A DNA stretch of 63,464 nucleotides, the filler included, from Craspedostauros australis (Eukaryota), in assembly GCA_030167865.1 (NCBI GenBank). It is 5 parts of 5 records of this genome, joined end to end, with 100 filler letters (N's around TTAATTAATTAA, not from the genome) between each part and the next. Parts side by side here need not be neighbours in the genome. Positions count along the whole stretch, not along the records: positions 44,652 to 63,464 come from JALAGF010000874.1; 4 more parts are not named here. One strand, given 5' to 3'. Below are positions 57,464-63,464 of this stretch, piece by piece. Each line of letters opens with the position of its first letter. The first letter of the stretch is position 1. The notes below the pieces were generated by a model. That model saw only the letters and a list, made by a program, of their open reading frames with translations. It had not been told where the DNA came from and did not search any database. The position numbers and the translations under genes are program-made.

Positions 57464-60400
57464 GCAGAGAGGGCAGGGTCGACCGCTGGTGGAGGCACAG
57501 CAGAATGACCTGAGCCCAAATGCTCCTGCGGACGCATACGATATACCGCATCGCAGCGGCTGCAGCAATGAGGGAAGTAAGGAGGAAGGGTGCGAAGATA
57601 GATTGGGGGATATGATGATGAGGAAGAGGCAAGGAAGGCTGAGGATTGGCATGCAGAACTTCGGAGGGTTCCGTAGGGTGCCAAGCAACGTGGATGAAGG
57701 ATTAAAGCAATGGATGAACGAAGGCGAGTTTGATGTGTTTGGGATAACTGAGGTGAACGTCGATTGGCGAGGAGTACAGGAAGAGGCGCGACTGAAACAT
57801 CGAATAAGAGAGTGGTGGCCAACGGGGACCACACAAGCAACAACAGCGAACAACACCAACGACGAAGTGATGAGAAGCAAACAATGGGGAGGAACTGCAA
57901 TTGTTAGCCGATACCAAGCGGCTATAAGGATGGCCAAGGCTGGGTGGGACGATGCGAATTTAGGGCGATGGGTGTGGCAGCTGTACCGAGGAGCAAAGAA
58001 GCAACGACTACGCGTGGTGGTGGCATACAGACCTTGTCGGCCACGAACAAAAGGAGTCTTGAACACGTATGCACAGCAGCGAAAATATTACAACGAAAAA
58101 GGCAAAGACGTGGAACCAAGAAATCGCATGCTGGAGGACCTGGAAAAGCAGGTCAAGGAATGGAGCGCTCTCGGCGACCACATCGTGGTGATGATGGACT
58201 GCAACGAAGACACCCGGTCGAAAAGGATCATGGAATTCCTGCAGAACACGGATATGGTTAACGCGATGGACGCAAACGAAAATGAAGCCGGTGCTACAGC
58301 AACACATCGGCTTGGGAAAAAGCCCATAGACGGGATATTCGTGACGCGGTCCATCAAAGTGGAGAGAGCCGGGTTGACCAGGTGGGATGAAGGGATTCAG
58401 GAAAGATGCGCAGACCACCGGTGCCTGTGGCTGGAAGTAAGCATGGCAGGAGTACTGGGGCAAGAAATGCCACCGTTACGAAGGGCAGTAGCGCGAAGAG
58501 TGAAGACAGAGGACCCGAGGATCGTCGAAAAATTTAATGACGAATATGAGAGACATCTGAGCCAGCACAATGCGAGGGAGAGAGCAATCACACTAGAGCG
58601 ACGAACGAAGGAAGGATGGGACGAGCAGATGGAGAAAGAGGCAGAAGCGCTGGATGACATACGAGTATCGGGGATTTGGAAAGCTGACAGAAGGTGCAGG
58701 AAGCTTCGAATGGGAGGCATTCCATACTCTAGAGAGTACAAGCAGATTGAGGCGAGGATCGGGCTATGGAATAACATTAGCAGGAAGCAGGCAGGCAGGA
58801 AGGTGTCAACATCCCTGTTGCAGAGACAAGCCAAACGAGCTAAGGAGGACCGAAGGATAGCAGAGATGGTGAGAATGGAAGCGAAAGACGTGCGACAAGA
58901 ACAGACAAAGGCATACGACGCGCTCAAAATATTCCGAAAAAGAGCAACAGAGTCGCGAAGCGAGTGGCTGGAGAGGATAGCAACCGCGAGGGCGAAAAAG
59001 GAGGAGAGTGCGCAAGGTAGACCAAAGAAAATGAAGAAAAACAGAGGGCAACGGACAGCATCACAGCTGCAGCAACTGCGAAGGAAAGAAGCAGTGCGAG
59101 CGATGTACCGACGAATCAGGCAAGCATCCGGCGGCGATGGAGCTGGGGGAATATCAATGGTTATTGCACCCAACGCTCACGGAGTATGGGAAGAGCGAAC
59201 AGAGCAAGGAGGAATTGAAAGAGGTTGCATGGAAGAGAACCAGCGCAGGTTCCGGCAAACGGAGAATACACCCTTTATGTACGGAGAACTGGCACGGGAC
59301 TTCGGATTCCTCGGCACGTCGGACGCAGCACAAGCTACATTACGAGGACAGTACAGTGTGTCGAAATGGGTGGATGTAGGAGCGCGGAAGCTCATCGAAG
59401 GACTACAGACGGTGGCGACCAACGACATACCGGCAGGGATGACAACGGATGAGTTCCAAGCCGGATGGGACAAGTGCAAAGAAGACACATCGGCAGGACC
59501 GTCAGGGCTGCATTTTGGGCACTTCAAGGCCATAGCGAAGCGTCGGAGCAATTCAGAATTCGAAGCAAGTATGTCGTCGATTGCAATGAAGTCGGGGTAT
59601 TCGTACAAGAGATGGAAACAAGGGGTGGACGTGGAACTCATGAAGAAAGCCAATAGCTACCGAGTGGACAAGCTACGGACAATTGTGCTCTTCGAAGCAG
59701 ACTTCAACTTCTGCAACAAAGCGATCGGCAGGAAGGCTGCGGTGCAAGCCGAAAAACAGCACGGTTTCGCAGAGGAACAATACGGGAGTCGAAAGGGACA
59801 CAAGGCAGTCGAGCACGCCCTCAACAAGCAGTTGACGCTTGACTGGTTGCGACAAACCAGGACGCCGGGGCTGCTGTGCTCGAACGACTTAAAGAGCTGT
59901 TACGATAGGATTGTACACTCGATCGCATCCATGGGATTGCAACGACAAGGAGTGGCCCAAACGGAAGTGCGAAGCATGTTCACGACACTGCAGCAGCTGG
60001 AACATTACATCAGAACTGTGTATGGCGATTCCACCGCGGCATACAGCGGGCGACATAACCGGGTGCCTATGCAAGGAATCTACCAAGGCAACGGGGCCGG
60101 ACCAGTGATATGGGCTGTCATATCATCCCCGATGCTCGACATCATGAGAAAAGAAGGTCATATGGCGCACTTCGAAACAGCAACGAGCAACCAGACGGTC
60201 GGGATTGTCGGATACGCGTTCGTTGACGATACGGATTTGGTGGTAAATGCAAGAAACGGCGAAAGGATAGAGGATGCCGTGGAAAGGATGCAGAATAGCG
60301 TGGACGAATGGGAGCGATTGGTGCGGGCGACAGGTGGGGCGCTGGTGGTTGAAAAAAGCATGTGGTGGGCAATCGACTTCGCGTGGCAGCAGAACGGAGA

Positions 60401-63248
60401 ATGGAGGTATGCCACAAATGCCGAAGTGCCGGCGACGATATCCATGCGAGGCAACAGCGACAGCAGACAGAATATGCCGCGAAGCGAGGCACATGAGGCT
60501 TTCGAGACCCTCGGGGTGCGGCTGGCCCCAGACGGCAACGGCAGGGCGATACATGAGGCGATGGCATCAAAAGCGAGAGGGTGGGCGGAGAAGGTCCGTA
60601 CCAAACGCATACGCAAACAGGATGCGACAGCGGCGATGAGCACGGTTCTGCTAAAAAAGCTGGAGTACGTTCTACCAGTAGCACAACTCTCAGAGCAGGA
60701 ATGCAGAGCGGTGATGCAGCCGGTATGGAAAGTGATGATGTCCAAAATGGGTTACAATCGTGGTTTCCCGAGGGCAATGATCAACGCTGCGGCAGGTCAG
60801 TTAGGGGCTGACATACACGAGCTCCATACAACCCAAGTAATGGAGCACATTACAATGGTGATGGAGCATGGCGAGCGCGATACCATGACAGGGCGGCTGT
60901 TAAGAGGGTCGATGGAGGCGATGAAAGTCGAGATAGGAACGGGCAAGCCGCTCTTCGAGATGGATGTCCGAAAGTGGGGGTTCCTGGCTACAGAATGTTG
61001 GATCAAGACAGTGTGGCAGGAAGCTCAAGAATACGGGATTAGCATCTGCGAAAAGACCGAAGGGGCAAGGAAGGTACGACGGAATGACAGGTGGCTGATG
61101 GAGGAGCTAGACAGGCTGGGGTACACCAAAGATCAGTTGAGGCGAATCAACCGGTGCAGGATATTGATGAAAGTCATGACTGTGGATGATGTTCGCGGCG
61201 GCGAGGAAGTATTGCGATGGCACACAGAACGAGGACGGTGGAGCGGGCGGCGACACATTCGATGGCCGAGGCAAGGTGCAGTACCGGATGCCGACTGGTC
61301 TCTGTGGCGACGAGCGGTAGCAATGGCACGCGGCAGCAGCACGGATCAAGGAGATGCAGAAGCACGCAGGTGGTACGCAGTGTGGAATTCGTCGAAACAG
61401 AAAGTTTGGACGTTGGCAGCGGAACACGAGTGGGAGGAATGGGAAGCGAGCGAAGGAGACGTCGCAGGGATGCAGGGGTTCCGACGAGCTCGCGAAACGG
61501 TGTCATCAGAGGAGGTCCACGGGAGAGAGGTGAAATTGCGAGAGGCGAACGGCAAAGTGTACGTGGTCGAAGTAGGACGAAGGGCGCATGTGCAGACGAA
61601 AGAGAGAGCAGGACGAGATCCTGGAAATGATTTAGGGGAATGGATCCATGCCGTACAGCAAGGACGGGCGGTGATAAGCACAGATGGGTCATTCAAGGAT
61701 GGAAGGAGCACAGCGGCGTTCTCGCTCAATGTTAGAGGACGACGCGAAGGCTACCTTCGGATGGCAGGCGACGTGTTGGGGCGACCAGAGGTGCAGAGCG
61801 CCTATCGGGCAGAGCTAGGGGGCATTTATTACGCCCTGAAGACTGCACGGGAGGTGGTAAGCCGGCAGAAGCGAGGGTGGTCAGAGCAAGCGGCAATCGT
61901 GGTCGCATGCGACAACCGAATGGCAGGGATCCATGCCATTGAGTACGATAGGGACGTACCAGTGAAGGCCCAGCATTTTGACCTGCTGCGGGCGATCCGC
62001 CGAGAGCAACGAATGATGCCGGTGAAGCTGGTGTATCGACATGTGTATGGGCATCAGCTGGAGAGGGCCAGAGGAGTCAAGATTGATGAGTTCTCGTACT
62101 GGAACGATGATGTGGACAGGATGGCAGGGGAAGAGCAAGGCAGAGGGCAGCCGGCAAAGGATGCAGAGTTGCACGACAGCGAATGGTCTGTGTGGATTGG
62201 CCATGACAAGATATGTGTGAACGCCAAGGATACTGTTCGCGAGCATGTGCAACGGCAGAAGACGGAGAGGTGGCAGCAGCGCGCTGGCAAGATGGATCGG
62301 GAAGGCATGAGTGACGTCGACGGCCAGTCTATACGGGCGGCGTTGAAAGGGCTGGGCGGCAACCGGAGACGCTGGGTGGTAAAGCATGCCGCGCACTTCG
62401 GGCCAGTTGGACGGAATATGCGGAAGTGGAAGTTCTGGGGTGATGGTTTGTGCCCAGTGTGCAAGGCGGAGGAGGAAGACACTGCTCATGTGATGAGGTG
62501 TCAGCACCCGGCTGCAGTACAGGTACGAAACACGGCCCTCGCGAAGTGGGAGGACTCTATGCGAACGCAAGGAGGGGACCCGCGCATGGTGCGAGAGATT
62601 GTCCGGCAGGTTCGTATGTGGTCGGACGGCACAGAATCGGAGCCGCAAGGGTGGTCCGACGTGCACCGGGCAGCAGTGGCACAAGGCAAGATCGGGTGGG
62701 ACAAGATGGTGCTAGGTAGGTGGTCGAGGCAGTGGCGGCAGGTCCAGGCTGAAACGATGCGCAGCATGGGGGCACGAGGTACGGCCACGAACTGGATCGG
62801 GAGAGCGATCGCAGGGTTGTGGGAAGTGCGGTGGGCTGCCTGGCAAGCGCGTAATATGGCGCTGCACGACGATGAGGCCTGGAAGAAGCAAACCATGAGA
62901 GAGAGGCAAGCACAGGTCGAGGTTACTGCCACTTGGAATCAAGGCAGCGACGGCCTACAACAGAGGGACGTCGGTCTGATGAAGAACACCAGCGAGGAGC
63001 AAATCCGGAGAATGCCGGTGGATGAGCAACTAGCATGGGTGCGGCACGTGGCGGCGGCTCGGATAGGATCGGCGGCCGCAAGAGTGCGACGGGCACAGGC
63101 AAGGGAGGAGGCGACGATCGAATGCGATGATGGTCGGCAAGGCAACGGGCGAGTGGGGGAGGATAACGGCAGAAGGAGGAGGCAGACGAGGAAGCGCGCC
63201 AGCAGTCTCCAGTTAGGGAGAGCAAGGTGTAAGCAAGCGAGGAGGTGA
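57456..63248 (+). CDS. LINE ORF2, ~1930 aa: AP endonuclease, reverse transcriptase, RNase H, CCHC knuckle
   Basis: APE: QNFGG, GITEVN, AYRP, MDCNED, IDGIF, DHR. RT: QYGSRKG, NDLKSCYD, YQGNGAGP, FVDD, TLGV. RNH: STDGS, YRAELGG, CDN, HVYGHQ, NDDVD. Knuckle: CPVC..HVMRC. Confidence 0.95.
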   Translation: MVEQRGQGRPLVEAQQNDLSPNAPADAYDIPHRSGCSNEGSKEEGCEDRLGDMMMRKRQGRLRIGMQNFGGFRRVPSNVDEGLKQWMNEGEFDVFGITEVNVDWRGVQEEARLKHRIREWWPTGTTQATTANNTNDEVMRSKQWGGTAIVSRYQAAIRMAKAGWDDANLGRWVWQLYRGAKKQRLRVVVAYRPCRPRTKGVLNTYAQQRKYYNEKGKDVEPRNRMLEDLEKQVKEWSALGDHIVVMMDCNEDTRSKRIMEFLQNTDMVNAMDANENEAGATATHRLGKKPIDGIFVTRSIKVERAGLTRWDEGIQERCADHRCLWLEVSMAGVLGQEMPPLRRAVARRVKTEDPRIVEKFNDEYERHLSQHNARERAITLERRTKEGWDEQMEKEAEALDDIRVSGIWKADRRCRKLRMGGIPYSREYKQIEARIGLWNNISRKQAGRKVSTSLLQRQAKRAKEDRRIAEMVRMEAKDVRQEQTKAYDALKIFRKRATESRSEWLERIATARAKKEESAQGRPKKMKKNRGQRTASQLQQLRRKEAVRAMYRRIRQASGGDGAGGISMVIAPNAHGVWEERTEQGGIERGCMEENQRRFRQTENTPFMYGELARDFGFLGTSDAAQATLRGQYSVSKWVDVGARKLIEGLQTVATNDIPAGMTTDEFQAGWDKCKEDTSAGPSGLHFGHFKAIAKRRSNSEFEASMSSIAMKSGYSYKRWKQGVDVELMKKANSYRVDKLRTIVLFEADFNFCNKAIGRKAAVQAEKQHGFAEEQYGSRKGHKAVEHALNKQLTLDWLRQTRTPGLLCSNDLKSCYDRIVHSIASMGLQRQGVAQTEVRSMFTTLQQLEHYIRTVYGDSTAAYSGRHNRVPMQGIYQGNGAGPVIWAVISSPMLDIMRKEGHMAHFETATSNQTVGIVGYAFVDDTDLVVNARNGERIEDAVERMQNSVDEWERLVRATGGALVVEKSMWWAIDFAWQQNGEWRYATNAEVPATISMRGNSDSRQNMPRSEAHEAFETLGVRLAPDGNGRAIHEAMASKARGWAEKVRTKRIRKQDATAAMSTVLLKKLEYVLPVAQLSEQECRAVMQPVWKVMMSKMGYNRGFPRAMINAAAGQLGADIHELHTTQVMEHITMVMEHGERDTMTGRLLRGSMEAMKVEIGTGKPLFEMDVRKWGFLATECWIKTVWQEAQEYGISICEKTEGARKVRRNDRWLMEELDRLGYTKDQLRRINRCRILMKVMTVDDVRGGEEVLRWHTERGRWSGRRHIRWPRQGAVPDADWSLWRRAVAMARGSSTDQGDAEARRWYAVWNSSKQKVWTLAAEHEWEEWEASEGDVAGMQGFRRARETVSSEEVHGREVKLREANGKVYVVEVGRRAHVQTKERAGRDPGNDLGEWIHAVQQGRAVISTDGSFKDGRSTAAFSLNVRGRREGYLRMAGDVLGRPEVQSAYRAELGGIYYALKTAREVVSRQKRGWSEQAAIVVACDNRMAGIHAIEYDRDVPVKAQHFDLLRAIRREQRMMPVKLVYRHVYGHQLERARGVKIDEFSYWNDDVDRMAGEEQGRGQPAKDAELHDSEWSVWIGHDKICVNAKDTVREHVQRQKTERWQQRAGKMDREGMSDVDGQSIRAALKGLGGNRRRWVVKHAAHFGPVGRNMRKWKFWGDGLCPVCKAEEEDTAHVMRCQHPAAVQVRNTALAKWEDSMRTQGGDPRMVREIVRQVRMWSDGTESEPQGWSDVHRAAVAQGKIGWDKMVLGRWSRQWRQVQAETMRSMGARGTATNWIGRAIAGLWEVRWAAWQARNMALHDDEAWKKQTMRERQAQVEVTATWNQGSDGLQQRDVGLMKNTSEEQIRRMPVDEQLAWVRHVAAARIGSAAARVRRAQAREEATIECDDGRQGNGRVGEDNGRRRRQTRKRASSLQLGRARCKQARR

Positions 63249-63464
63249 CGCGGGAATACATGCAAGAGTGAAGTGCACGGCGGATATGATATCGGGTGCC
63301 CAGTGCGGTACGTTTTATGTGACCCACGGTGATGGCAAGCTGTGGAAGGCAAGGATGTGAGATACTTGCAGCAGTCGTTCTAGCACGATCGGCCGTTAGG
63401 GCTCGTCGGACGCAGGCGACTTTAAAGCCTTCGAGGCAACCTTGTGCGCAAGGGATAGTCAGTG

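Larger units (their letters stand above)
54581..63464 (+). mobile_element. Apparently intact non-LTR retrotransposon, Ambal-like (two ORFs, APE-RT-RNase H); 3' end outside the window
   Basis: Abrupt switch to A/G-rich sense strand near 54.6 kb; two long uninterrupted ORFs; domain order matches RNase H-bearing diatom LINEs. Confidence 0.85.

Overview
Eukaryotic, almost certainly diatom, draft-scaffold window. The assignment rests on GT-AG introns, a CoDi-type copia Gag, an Ambal-like LINE and diatom-typical gene families. Four artificial 100-bp linkers (N44-TTAATTAATTAA-N44) join contigs, so adjacency across them is unproven. The left ~13 kb is a cluster of decayed transposons: a Crypton-like tyrosine recombinase with a GCR1_C-like tail plus neighbouring decayed ORFs, a frameshifted DD38D mariner-type transposase with an internal 30-bp x5 array, and a copia Gag fragment. 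The 13.9-43 kb block is gene-dense: SNAP25-like Qbc-SNARE with an extra beta-trefoil-like domain, OGFOD3-like probable pseudo-oxygenase, AlkB-family dioxygenase, 5-exon M11 metalloprotease, type II LRR membrane protein, MYBBP1A/Pol5, RINT1/TIP20, a GT61 pseudogene and a nitronate monooxygenase with PTS1. At 43.35-43.6 kb lie paired 30-bp palindromes that look like recombinase or transposase binding sites. The 45-52 kb block holds three paralogous TPR-like genes, all ending in Ala tails. From 54.6 kb to the end is an apparently intact non-LTR retrotransposon (PHD-finger ORF1; APE-RT-RNase H-CCHC ORF2). All family calls come from reading motifs by eye; no database searches were run.
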